Source: Vicugna vicugna (taxonomy: Eukaryota). Taken from it: a stretch of DNA of 64,000 nucleotides. The stretch is taken from positions 3,055,780 through 3,119,779 of the forward strand of contig MU058009.1 in the NCBI GenBank assembly GCA_013265495.1. The letters are read 5' to 3'. Below, in pieces: positions 1 to 11,944 of the stretch. Under the pieces are notes generated by a model that was given only the letters and a program-made list of their open reading frames with translations, made no database searches and was not told where the DNA came from. The translations under genes and the position numbers were made by a program. How positions within the stretch are numbered: position 1 is the stretch's first letter; each line of letters begins with the position of its first letter.

Positions 1-129
1 GGAGCTATGAGGGCGTTGGGTGGAAAGACTGTGGCTCGGAAGCTCAAGATGAGCGAGTTAAGTTCCGGGAGAAGCTGGGAGTTAGCCATCTCGGGGACCT
101 GTGTGTGCTGTCGAGCGGGCTGCTGGGCG

Positions 130-700
130 TGCTGCTGCTGCTTCCATTTTTGTGCTTATTAATAAACGGCCAACATTTCCGTGGTGAAGATTCATTTATG
201 ACAGTGAAGTATTCGAGGCCTAGTATTCAGTCTCATGGATACATTGCAGCTGAATACATTTCCCACATTAGATATTTAAGTTTCCTACTTTTTATTAGGA
301 ATCATGCTGCAATGAGTATTTTTGCACATATGTCTCTGATAATTTGCTAAGGACGTAATTTCTACACGTGGAGCGCTGTGCCGGAGGCTGTGCTGACTGT
401 CGGACTGCGCCCAGGGGATGCTCGGCCGGGCTCCCTGCTGCTGCTGCCGCCGCCGCCGGACGGGCTACCTGGCTCCGCCTGCTCCCCGGCTCTGGGGCTT
501 CTCTGCCTTTTCAGTCTTGACAGATTTTTAATTATTAAAAGAAAAAAAAGGGCTCTCACTGAAGTTTTAGCTTTGATGTCTTTGGCCATCGAGGCTGAGC
601 TTTGAAAGAGATTTCTGTGTGTGCAGGTTTCCTCTGCCCGTTGTCCGTGAGTCACTGTGTGGTTTTCACACGGCCTCGACACTCTTCTCTCATTAGTTCT
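130..700 (-). mobile_element. Ancient L1 (L1ME-like) 3' fragment, antisense
   Basis: Degenerate L1 antisense motifs such as 'atcatgctgcaatgagtatttttgcacatatgtct' and 'ctcactgaagttttagctttgatgtctttgg'. Recognised from memory; boundaries approximate. Confidence 0.55.
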
Positions 701-1431
701 TTGAGCGCAGAGGCTCTGCTGGCCCAATCTGTTACTTAGCACGAAGTCGCTCCCAAGAAGAGGGTATTTTTAAGTGACTGGTTTCCAGGGCTTCACTAAT
801 GATGGGGCCTGGCTGAGGGGGGCAGACGAGGTTTCCCCGGTCTTGCTGTCGGAGACGATCACCGTGATCAGAGAACCGAGATCTTCCTTCCAAATCACGT
901 GACTTGGTCACACGTGCAGTATTCACTTCCGCTACTGCACAGCCCCATGCACCTCGTCTTAAAGATCCTTTAAATACAGGGAAGAACTGAGCTCAGTGGT
1001 CTCACATGTCTCTTCAATATTATCTTCCCCTTTAAACCTCCAGCTCCCAAGAGGTCATAAGGAAGCCTCCAACTCTGAACCTCCTTGGGGAGCCAGGGAG
1101 AAGGCAGTGGACAAACACTGAATAGCTGGGCAAGGTTCCAAGCTAAGGACCCTGACATCTGCAGGGCCTGTGAATAATCAATCTTCAATGTCTGCAAGGG
1201 AAGAAGGAGGGTGGCTGACAGGACCTAAAAGCACACCGTATATGGAGTGATTTAAGGGTGTGTTTGTCCAATGAAATAAATAATTTCAGGAGTGAGAAAA
1301 CATAAAATCTGTGCTCAATTGCACTTGAATTATAAAAGCTATAAAAACACAAACTTTTATAACTCAGATTGGATATGACATAAAGGAGCATGATTTACTT
1401 TGCACGAGCTGCTGTTGCTTCTAAGTTTGTG

Positions 1432-1570
1432 GATTGATTGATTGATTCATTCTTTATTCATTTAGTATCTTTTAAATTCCTAATGGGAGCCAGATGCTGT
1501 GGTACGTGATGAAAACTCAGAGGAGAGGAGGACAGCCGTCGTCCCTGCCCTTGTGGAGCTGAGACAGTCA
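1432..1570 (-). mobile_element. L2 3' end fragment
   Basis: (ATTG/ATTC)n tail followed by 'gtccctgcccttgtggagct', typical of an antisense L2 3' end. Confidence 0.65.
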
Positions 1571-2079
1571 GGACTGTCGTGCGTTGGGATCAGGAGTCAG
1601 CTGTGCTCTGGGGGGCCGTACGCTGTTGTGTGGAACATGCTGACTCTGCTTGAGTGGCTCTGTTCATCATAACAGGGGGAGCAGAGGGGTTGGAAGGATT
1701 TGTGAGAAGCACTGTGCTGATGACAGTGCTGGTAGTAGTCACAGGAAGAGCAGACAAAACCTTTTGGGTAAAGGGAAAGTGTAAGCAGACACTGGGTTTG
1801 CTCAGTGATGTTTACATTATTTTAAAACTATCCACTTAAAGCTATAAAGAACCTCTATTGTCAAAATGTCTTCATGAAACAAATGGAAAGAACCACTTTG
1901 TTATCTTGAGTCTAAATCTCTCTCGCTTTAATTTCCCCTTCTTACTGAGTGATGGCTACTCTTAGGCCTTATTACAGAAGGCGAGTTTTCCCGGAACGCT
2001 GCTGTTGAGTGATTGGACAGCCTGCATTTGGGCTCCATCTCTTGCTCTGTGTGACCACGTGGCCGGGAAGACCAATGAC

Positions 2080-2620
2080 CAGAAGTTGCAGGGAAGCAGA
2101 TTTCGGTTCAACATAAGGAAGAAGGGTTTTGTTAAGGAAGAAAACCAGAGAGGACTACCATTTCTTTCAGAACGGCAGCGAGTTCTCTATACCAGTAACG
2201 ACAGTGGCCGAGATGAGGACCACGGCAGCCGCAATGATGTGTCTTGTCCGCTTACTATGTTGCCATGTGCTGCACTCCAAGGTTTGCATACGTTGTTTCA
2301 TTTCATCTCAAAAATATTTAAGACGTCTTATGATCCACATCCATCTACAGATGGATGAAGGTGAAGGTGAGCCAGGCGGGAATGCTGGCCCAAAGCCACC
2401 CAGCTGGGGAGGGGCAGCTCCAGGCTCCGCACACCTGCTTCGGGGCACCTGCGCCAAAGCCTCTGTTCTCATTATCAGGCTCTTTGGTCAGGTTTTCATC
2501 GCTGGAGGTGTTCAGGCATAAGCTGAATTATTGCATGGATGAAACTGCAAGGAGAGGACTCAGACTTCAGATGAGAATAGGGGTCACCGGGCTGGTGAAC
2601 AGCTAAGTCAGTAATTCTAA
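2080..2620 (+). mobile_element. CR1/L3 3' remnant interrupted by a MIR (about 2240-2440)
   Basis: 'gaagttgcagggaagcagatttcggttcaacataaggaagaa' and the downstream 'ctggaggtgttcaggcataagctg' match the recalled L3 consensus. A MIR core 'ctacagatggatgaaggtgaagg' lies between them. Confidence 0.5.
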
Positions 2621-3482
2621 ACGTTTTTGGTAACGAATCCTGCTGAGAATTTGACAACAGTCTGTGGGCTTTCTCCTGAGAAAAAAATCCACGTGTGCAC
2701 ACAGATGCAAACCATCGCAGGGCACACACTTGGGGAGCGTGGATGCGTCCGTATCCCTTGGCACTGTGGGCCCTGGATAGAAAGCCGCTGCTCAAAAGGC
2801 ACTTTTGCTCTGGGACATGCCTTTGGAGGTGAGTTTCCCTCCAAGTTCTGACTCCAGGTGTTGAGATGGTGCCACCCCCACTTGGCATGAATGGAAAAAA
2901 GCCAAACAAAACACCGAAGGAACAGGGGGAAGCCCTTTTCACACACTTCTCAAAGCAGCCTTTACGTGCCATTGGAAATCTCTCCCTTGGCTGTTTTGAC
3001 TTCAGGTGCATTCTGAGTGACTCAGAAACAGACACAAACCATATGCAAAGCCTCCCCTCGCAGTGTTACTTACGGAGCACGAGAGCCTGTACCTCCCCAG
3101 CGAGCCCCGTTGCCCATAAAGAAGTGAAGTGAAGGCTGGGGAGGAGGTGCCCGATGGTGGCGGGAGGAGTGTCTGCAGAAGGAAGTATTTTTGTGTGTTG
3201 TTGATTTCTGGTTCCTGCCCTGCAGTGCATGTGTTTCCAATCTGGAACGAACCCCTGTGCTCTGTACGTAGAGAGGGGCCGTCAGGCTGGGGCCCCTCCT
3301 CCACTGCTCCACATCCCACACGCCGGCGGATGGGAGCTCTGGTTCTGTGGGTCTGGAAAACATTCCTCAGCTGGCCTGGACGCGCTCGGTCTGGCACCCG
3401 CCCCCCAAAAACATACTGCCTGTCTGTGAGCACGTGTGCATCGGATGGGGTTTCATTCCCGTTTAAACCTCCCCGTTTGGAC

Positions 3483-3521
3483 ATGTGGATTGCAGGGGTT
3501 TCCGGGGGATTATGGAGGCAG
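3483..3521 (+). CDS. Candidate first coding exon (MEA+G, phase 1, from ATG 3512; or MWIAGVSGGLWRQ, phase 0, from ATG 3483)
   Basis: Strong donor CAG|GTGAGG at 3521/3522. ATG 3512 has A at -3 and G at +4. No homology confirmation. Confidence 0.3.
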
Positions 3522-4419
3522 GTGAGGGCCTTCGGGCCCCCTGGGGAAGGTTACTGTGTTTTTCCTCTCCCCTGACCAGCCCTTCCATTTTAATGCATTG
3601 TTACATGCTTAATTGCTTTGACTCCAGTCCTCGGAGCCCGCCTTTCTGCCCCGGCTCCTGACGATTTCTGTGGGTGGCGCTGCAGGGAGGCAGGTGTGCA
3701 GAGCAGGGGACAGGATGCCGAAGGATGTGCAGAGAACATGTTTCCGGTGGTCCGGCCCTTGATTCCACTCTGCTTTGACCGGGCCCTCTAGCTTTCTTTG
3801 AGTCATTGGTAAAAGCCTCCGCATTCCTTCCTCGGCCTCCGCTTTTCCCCATTCCATCCATCCACCCTGCTGGCTGCCCGGGAACCTGTCAGACGCACAA
3901 ATGCCATTAAGTGGCCTAAAAGCCCCCAGTGCCTCCCCGATACCTTGTTGTAAATGATCATCACACTATGTCCACCAGCCATGGGACTCCTAGGCACCTA
4001 AGCCGAGTGTTTCTCATGCGCCACTCCTGATAATCTCACACACGCCCTTACCAGGTGGGGCGGGCTGGCCTCACTTCACCGCTGGGAAAGCTGAATTGAG
4101 AGGAGGTGCCCAGAGTCACCCAGTTGGCGAGCACTGTGCCTGCGCAGGGCACCAAGCGACAGGTAAACGGGGCTCACGCCGAGCCGGGCCTCTGCTCGCC
4201 AAGCCCTTTGTCTCTGCGAGAGGCCCCTGTTCTCATTCATTCTGCACCCAGGGGCAAGTTCCGTTCTTCAGGTCTCAGCCAGCCACCTCCTGGGACTGCT
4301 GCCTTCCGGGCTAGTCCATTTGCTGCTGGTGCTTCCCAGGCTCCAGAGGTAATCAGATTAGGCTCCTAAGCTCTGAAACGCACCGTTCTGCCAGGGAGGT
4401 GACACGGCAGAGGAGGCAG

Positions 4420-4760
4420 ATGGCCAGGGGGTAATTCTCCTCCCATGGGCTGAGTGTAAAGGTAGAACTATACACAGTGCACAGAGGAAAGCCAATTTGT
4501 CCATTTGGATGGGGAATGGAACCCAAGAAGTAGTCCAGGGTGGCTTCCTGGAGGAAGCTGATGTTTGAGAAGTCAGTCGTCACAGTGAGGCCCAACCAGC
4601 CAGATGGAGGCGGAGGAGAAGAAGGGATTCTGGGCAGTAGGAGCAAGAGGGAAGTGCAAAGATGTGAACAACACGTTTTGGAAAACCCCTTTGTAAGTGA
4701 ATTTGCAGTGGAGAGACTTTAACTTTTATGGGAAGATTCGGTTGGAGAATGTGGTCAAAG
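4420..4760 (-). mobile_element. L2 fragment
   Basis: 'cagggtggcttcctggaggaagctgatgtttgag...aagggattctgggcagtaggagcaag' is an antisense L2 signature. Confidence 0.55.
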
Positions 4761-5129
4761 TAAACCTAGGAAAACTCTACAAAATTTCCCATTCACTAAA
4801 ATCAGGGCAGACCTTCAATACGACTGACATTATCCCCCGTGGGCGCTGCGCTGTAAAGCTCGAGGGCCCCCTTCTCTGAGGTTTCGGGGGATGGCGTGAG
4901 TTCATTTTGCCGTGTGGAGGACGGTGGCCATGTTCAGAGTGCTTCCTCCATGTTTGCTCCTCGGCCCTGAAGTCCCGCCTTTCTGACTCGACAGCATGTG
5001 CTTTCCTGGGCCAGGTCCCTGGGATGTGGGGAGGCTGGGATGCTTGTGGGGGAAAGCGCTCTAAGTCACCTGTACTGGGCTGCACACCCTTTCTCGGAAG
5101 CCTTCCTGCCTGCCTCCCTTCCTTCCTTG

Positions 5130-5215
5130 CTTTTTATTACATATATATATTTATTGATTGATTGAAATACGGTTGGTTTACAATGTTGTGTCCGTATCTG
5201 GTGTCCAGCACAGTA
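5130..5215 (-). mobile_element. Short L1 3'-end fragment
   Basis: 'attgaaatacggttggtttacaatgttgtgtccgtatctggtgtccagcacagt' matches an antisense laurasiatherian L1 terminus. Confidence 0.65.
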
Positions 5216-5429
5216 GGGCAGCCTTCCTTACGCTTCCTCCCAAGTGCCTGGGCCTTTATTGTCTCCGCCAGATGCTGAAGCCTGCGCTGTCACCTGCCCA
5301 TCACACCCCCCTCTGCTCCATTTTCTCTCCAAAGGCTCCCCCCGCTTCCTTATCCCCAGGGCGTCATTGTAGGATGTCTCCTCTCCTTCCACCACTGTTT
5401 CCCTTCTGTTCTTGCCCTATTGAAAAAAA

Positions 5430-7780
5430 GTAATACTGAAATAAAGGGTCAAACAGTGTGACAGGGCTCAGAACGAAAAGAATTCCAAGTCCACCTCCCC
5501 TCACCTCCAAACAAGCTGGGGCGTTTGCAACTCTTGGCTTTTTCATTAGCTATTTACCTTCATGTTTCCAAGCAATTTGCTTATTATTTATTGTTGTTTC
5601 CATTTAAGACATCCTGGGTTGACCTCCTAGTAGGAGAAGAGAATTTCAGCTTTCTCACAATCTGCCCCCACAATAGACACCTGTTTTCCCCTCCTGCATC
5701 CGGTAATTACTTCACAATTTCAGTTACACCAGGGCTGCATTTTTACAGGATTATAGTTATATAAATATTCTTAGTAATCAAGCCACAAACAGTAATAATT
5801 ACATTCCTTTTTTTCAATAAAGTTTTTTTTTTCCTGGAGTCATTTTTCTTCACTAAATTTTCTATGAATCTATCAAAATTTTGCCTCGGACTCGTGCAGA
5901 ATTGTACAAGCCCTCTCAACAGGGCAGGAGCACAGAGCAGCTCATCGGCTCCCTTCCTGCGCGTTCGGACCCCTCCCCGCGCCCACCCCGCCTCCTCCTG
6001 CTCCGACCTGCCCGCTTGCTCTCAGGGCGGCTGCCGGCTGCCCTCCGCCCCCACCATCCTGCTCGCTCCTGATTTAGACCTCCTGTCTCCTGAATACTGC
6101 ATCTCCTTCCTTGCTTCATTTCCTTCTCCCCCCCCTTCTTTTGGGGGGAGCAGTAGCTTCTTGAGAAGGGTACAAAGGAGATAAAGGGTACTTGGGAGGT
6201 AAAATTTTGAAGACGTCTTTATTCTGTGCTCACACTTGACTGAGTTTGACTGGCTTTAGCATTCTGGGTTGGAGAAGATTTCTGCACATACTTTTGAAGG
6301 CATTTTTCCGTGATATTTTTAGCTTCTGTTGTTGCTCTTGGAAGGTCCAATGCAGTTCTAACTCCTGATCCTTTATATGATGATTAAGAAAAAAAAAATC
6401 TCTCTAGAATATGTGTTAATTTTTTTCTCTTTCCAGAAACTTTTAGGATCTTTTCATTATCCTGCCCATTCTGAAATGTAACAATGATATGTCCTATGTG
6501 GATTTTTATTTTTTCCATACTTGGTGGGCTCCTTCCGTCTAGAAACTCGCTTTAGTTTGGGAAACTTTTCTTGTATTATTTCTTTAACTACTTCCTCCCT
6601 TACATTTTCTTTGTTCCTTTTTCCTGGAAATTGGATATAGGACTGTCTGGATTTGCCATCTAATTTCTCACTTTTCTTCTCCTTGCTTCCATTCTTTAAC
6701 ATTTGGTTCTAGGAAATTTCCTGAACTTTAGCTCCCTATCCATCCAATCACTTTTTTGTGTTTTTAATTTTCACCAACACCTGTAATCCCCAAGAGCTCT
6801 TTCCACTTCTCAGAATGTGACTGTCTTCCAGTAGCATCCTGTTCTTGAACATGTTATCTTTTCATCTGTCTGAGGATGTTAATAGTTTGTTTTGTTAAAA
6901 AAAAAAAAGAAGTATTGCCTGCTCCCTCCATTGTCTGTCTGTCTGTCTGTCTCTGTGTATATAATTTTTCTATTTAATTCCTATTATGGTAGAGGCTTTC
7001 ACAAAATGCTTAGTGACCTCAAGTATCTATGCTTATTGAAGAGTGAGGCACTGGAAGGCTCTTTGGAGGTTCTAGAGTGGGACCTCAGCTTGACGACTGG
7101 GGAGTTTCACTGTAAAGTATTTTTTGCTGGAGAAGAGGGAGGGACTCACAATTGTCAGTGTCATAGGTCTTTCCTTTTATTCAGAGAGGACTCCTCCAGT
7201 CTCCTGAGTAGGAAGGTGCAGCCCTGGCTTGCAAGGTTCTGAGTATTTCGGGGGCATGAGAGTGGGCTGTCTCCCTGTTCAGTTTGTACACCTTCATGTC
7301 ATCCCTCTGCCTTCAAGGAGCTCACTCCCCTGCCCTGGGCCATGTGTGCTGTCCCCAAGTCCAGAACCACCCTGTTGCAATCCTTCCTGCTGGTGCTGGG
7401 GAGGGATGGTCATCTGGATCTGTAGGATTGGAAAGAGACTGGTTGGGGGGCATCTAACTCCTCCCAGCAAAGACTTGCTTTTATTCTCAACCTTGAGATT
7501 ACCCCGTTAACCAACTTCTGAGCCTTTATGAGGCTCTGTATTCTGATTTATCCTCTTGTTGTCTCTCCCTCTGCAGTCCCTCACTTTTTTATTTCCCCTG
7601 CTCTGGCAGGTCAGCTCCCATTCATCCATCCACCTGCCATCTTCCAGCGGTGTGTGGATGTCTGTTGTAGCCTTCTCTCTCATTCTCCTTGTCTCCTTAT
7701 GATTTAATAGTTTTTGCCTCTCTTTTAACAGCATTTTAGAAGAGAATACAGATTAGTGATTGTGTTGAAGTTGCCATTTC
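5430..7780 (-). mobile_element. HAL1 (half-L1) element, degenerate
   Basis: 'cagtagcttcttgagaagggt...gggaggtaaaatttt...tctttattctgtgctcacacttgactgagtttgactgg' matches the recalled HAL1 consensus. Minus ORF 6457-6702 (EEVVKEIIQEKFPKLK) is L1 ORF1p-like. Confidence 0.7.
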
Positions 7781-8015
7781 AAAGTGGAAATTATTTTACC
7801 AGCTTTTTCCTCTCCTATTCTTTAATCCTTCTTTTAAAAATTATTTACAATATTAAAGAATGCATTTTCAATATGTTGGCAATAAACACCTGGCATTTGT
7901 TGAAAAGGCTGAAAATAGAAAATTTGCATATTCTAGGATTGTGAGTAGAGGAAACTTGCCAGTGGGTTTTGGTGTCTGAAATAAGTGCAAGGCAGTAAGG
8001 ATCCTCGATTCCCAA

Positions 8016-8155
8016 TGGAGGCAATGTGGTGTCTTGAAGCCCAGAACTGGATGGTGGTCAGGAGGCTTGAGTTCTTCCAGTTTCAGTTCTCTTACTAGGT
8101 AGCCACGCCACTTTGGGCAGATTAGTTCTTCTCTCTGGGACTCAGTTTCCCCCAG
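8016..8155 (+). mobile_element. MIR SINE fragment
   Basis: MIR core 'ctttgggcagattagttcttctctctgggactcagtttccc'. Confidence 0.6.
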
Positions 8156-8534
8156 AGGAAGATTCCTCTTAGTTCTTTATGGCTGTGCTTATGTCTTTAA
8201 GTCCCTGAGATTTAGCGCTCACCTAAGGATGATCAGTTGCTGTCAGGGAATCATGCATGAAGGAAAACACCTGTAAAAAGGATCCATGTGCCGATGCAGT
8301 CCTTAAATCAAAAAAATTTTCTATGTGTCCTCAAAGACCCTTCTTAACTTAGGGGAAAATTCTCTCCCCCACTGTCTCTGAAATAGTCTCCCTTTTCCCT
8401 GAAGTTTTGGTGCCAGCTGACTTCCAGGTGAAAGAACCTTTGCTTCTACCTGAATGAGAAGACACCCCTGGACAAGGAGTACATTCTCTCCCTGGGGAGA
8501 ATCTCGGTGAATAATGCACCCCCCCCGCACTTAA

Positions 8535-8700
8535 TGGTATATTTATTTGTGCCCTTGCGTGTGTAACACCTGCTTTCTCTACTGGATCTTAAGTTCCTTG
8601 AGGGCGGGGTCCTGGTGTGTCTTGTTTCTTGCTGTGTCTATTGTTCCTGGCCCAGGGCCTGACAAATGGTAGGTGATTTAATGAATAAACTGGATAATAA
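8535..8700 (+). mobile_element. L2 3' end
   Basis: 'taagttccttgagggcgggg...cccagggcctgacaaatggtaggtgatttaatgaataa'. Confidence 0.65.
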
Positions 8701-8989
8701 GAATTCAGAGATTCTAAAATCTCCCATGGCCCAGAGAAGAGGACTCTTGACACGGTGGGAAATTTAGTTGTGGAAGTGCTCTTATCTTCAGATGAGGGTA
8801 AGTGTGGAAAAGCAACTTTTTATAGTGGATGGAGAGAAGCAGTGGGGGTTTTATTTGAAACCAATAAGGAATGCTCTGGAGATTTTGAAGGAAGTCAGGG
8901 TTAATTTATTCCATTTGCTTTTGGCCCAGAATATGACCCTCGTATGATTAATGATTTGGGAGTGGAATAAAAAGAATGGAAAGTTACTG

Positions 8990-9165
8990 TATCCTTAGTA
9001 TATTACACATATTGTTTCAGTTAATTCTCTCAATAACATGGTAACATAGATATTATCTTGATTTTACCGATAAGAAACCTGGAGCACAGAAAATTTTATA
9101 TAAATTGCTCACAAATATAGCTAGTAATGCTAGAGGCAGGTTTTAAACTCAGAGAGTCTAATTTC
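8990..9165 (-). mobile_element. MIR SINE fragment
   Basis: 'attattatc'-type core: 'attttaccgataagaaacctggagcacaga...ctagtaatgctagaggcagg'. Confidence 0.55.
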
Positions 9166-9194
9166 TCAGCAAGTTAAAAAGATGAATGATAAGG

Positions 9195-9870
9195 AAGAGT
9201 TGTTATGTTTATCCTCATTTTTACTGTTTCCAATACTCTGCATTTGGTTGTGTAGATCCAGATTTCCATTTGGTATCATATTCTTCCTGCCTGAAGAAGT
9301 GCCTATCACGTTTCTTTTAGGGTAGGACTGCTGACAATTAAGTTTCTCAGCTGTGTGTATGTGTCTCTGAAAACATATTTTTAAAAACTTGGTTTTGAAA
9401 GGTATTTCCCCCGCGTGTAGAATTTTGCACGGACAGTTTTGCTTTCAGTGCTTTCAAGATGTCTCTCTCCTATCTTGTAGTCTGCATTGTTTCTGACTAG
9501 AAGCCTGTGATAATTCTTATCTTTATTGCTTTATATGTAATGTTTCTTTTTCTCTGGCTTCCTTCAAGATTTTCCCTTTATCTTTCTTTGATTTAAAAAA
9601 GGTTCTCTGTAATATGTCCACTTATGACCGTGTAGGAAGTATGTCTTTTCCTCTTGTTGGCGGTTCTTCGAGCTTCTTGGATATGTAGTTTGTTATCTTC
9701 CATCAGTTTTGGAAAATTCTTAGCCATTAGCTGTTCACATATTTTTTCTGCCCCCTCCCCCTTTCACACCTGGAGCCCCAGTCACACACACGTTAGACCA
9801 CCTGCTGCTGTCGCACAGCTCCTGGGTGCTCTGTTTTGTTGTTTTCTACTCTTTTGGGGTCTCTTTTTCA
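9195..9870 (-). mobile_element. Old L1 ORF1-region fragment (L1MC/L1ME-type)
   Basis: 'tgtgtagatccagatttccatttggtatcat...ttcatcagttttggaaaattcttagccatta' matches antisense L1 ORF1-region motifs. Confidence 0.7.
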
Positions 9871-11489
9871 ACCAGTCTGGAGGAGAATTGCCTGTTCCTT
9901 TGAGGTTCCCTCAAGAGCTTCCTCTCTTCTTTCCAAATTAATTTCTTATATACCAGAAAACCTGTTACCAAACACGACCTCTTCGCTGGGTACAACTGAG
10001 TTATTCAGCTCTGTGTGATGCAATAACGGGTAATTACATGGACACCGAGACAGAAACTTTGGTTTATTCATGAGGATTTTATCTACATAACAAGCTGAGA
10101 AGCAGGCACAGGGAATCTAGGTAACCCGGCCAAGGTCACACAGCTGGTAAGTGGTGGGGTCAGGCTGACTGGCTCCAGAGACCTACCATGTGCCCACTGG
10201 CTTACAGTGCTTCCCTGAAGTCACTTGGCTAGAATTGTGAGAAACTTAGCCAAGCACACATCCTCCAGTTCTGAATACCAAGTGCTTTCCACGGCATGAG
10301 CCTGGAAACATCAACGTGGATGCGGAAGCTGAGGGAAGGAGCCTTGTGCTTTTGGCCATGGGGGTGGGTGTGTAGAAGGGGACTTGCTCTGCGTCTTTGG
10401 CCAAGTTAGACTCTACTCTGTGGTGGCCGATGGCCGAGGAATCTTATCTTTCCTCCCGTACAGAGATCCCTTTCTAGGACAAAAATCTGTTCCCAGCTAT
10501 TCTTTTAGCCTCAGAACTGAGGGGAGGGGAACATCGCTGATGGAAAGTCCTTCTCTGACTTTAGCACCCCGTTTCCGAGGAAAGACACAAGGTCACACTT
10601 CATGAACAGGGCACCAGGACCGATGAACTCCAGAAACTGCCCAAGTCTAAGAGTGCTGACAAGGTCAGATGATTCTGAAAGATGGTACCTTTGAAAAGGC
10701 AGACATGGCTAGGCAAAGCGGTAGCCTGAGGGTGCAGTTGTGATGTCTTAGGGACCCCAAGTCCCTTTAAGGCATTTCCAAGAGCAGAACGTCTAGGTCC
10801 CATGGGCGCTGCTGGCCTTTGCAAACTTCGGTAAGCAGTGTCTGTGGATATCAAAACTCCTCAAAGCCCAGGGAATAAATTCGGGGAAAAGCCACAGGAG
10901 TATGGGCCGTGTTTGCCACAGGACATCAAACTAGCGAGAGCACCCAGAGAAACCACTAGGGCGGAGATGGGCTCCAGCGACTTGGCTGAAACGTCTGGTC
11001 ACCCCTGTGCCCTACTGGGACTGTGTGAAGATGAGACAGGTGTGGCAGTGGGCACTTGCGATGAAGGAAACAATGTAATCCACATTAAAGTCATCACAGG
11101 AATAAGTATCAGGTGTTTACTATAGAAACGGTGTGATTCCAGCCATTTTGTAGGCTCGTAGATTTTTCAGATATTATCTCTGGTTCCAAGAAATTGAGCC
11201 TCACTGGAGAGAGATGAAAAGCTAGTCCTACGGGACAGCATGTGGGAGGGGCAGCGTGGGAGAGTGACCCTAAGAGGGGCATGCTTGGTTCCAGATCTTA
11301 CCAGTCCTGCGGTCTTAGCTAACTGCCTGAGCCACACGACCCTTGTTTCTAAAGCGGGAACACAGCCATTACTCCATACGTACACTAAGTACGAGGCGAG
11401 GAAGGACAGGCAGACACCCAGGTCAGCGTCGTGCATGTAGCAAGACTATAGTGGTTGTTGAATCCAAATGTCATCAAGAAGTGAGTGAT

Positions 11490-11944
11490 TGTATTAGTCT
11501 GCTCGGGCTGCAGTGACGAGGTACTGCAGGCTGGGTGACTGAAACAGCAGAGGTTTGTCCTTTCATAGCTCTGGAGGCCAGAAGTCCAAGATCAAGGTGC
11601 TGGCGGTGTTGGCTCCTTCTGAGGGCTGTGTGGGAGGCGTGCTCCATGCGTCTCTCCCCCTTTCTTGTGGCTTTCTAGCAATCCTTAGTGTTCCTTGGCA
11701 TCTGGACACGCCACCCAGATCTCTGCCTTCGTGTGCACGTGACGTGCACGTCTGTGTGTACCTGTTTTACAAGGGCATCAATCACTGGATGAGGGGCCCA
11801 CCCTACTCCAATATGACCTCATCTCAGCTAGTTGCCTCTGTAACAACCCTGTTTCCAAATGAGGTCACATTCTGAGCTATGTAGGACGTCAGCATATAAA
11901 TGTCGTGGTTGGGGGAGTGGTGGTGGACCATCCAACTCATAACA
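11490..11944 (-). mobile_element. MLT1 (MaLR) solo LTR, MLT1C-like
   Basis: Termini TGTATTAGTC...CATAACA, internal 'ctctggaggccagaagtccaagatcaaggtg', and a 5-bp TSD gtgat/gtggt (4/5 match). Confidence 0.85.

Noticed and set aside
378..605. Signal-peptide-like ORF LLLLPPPP
   Set aside because: Non-ATG start and it appears to lie within an antisense L1 remnant.
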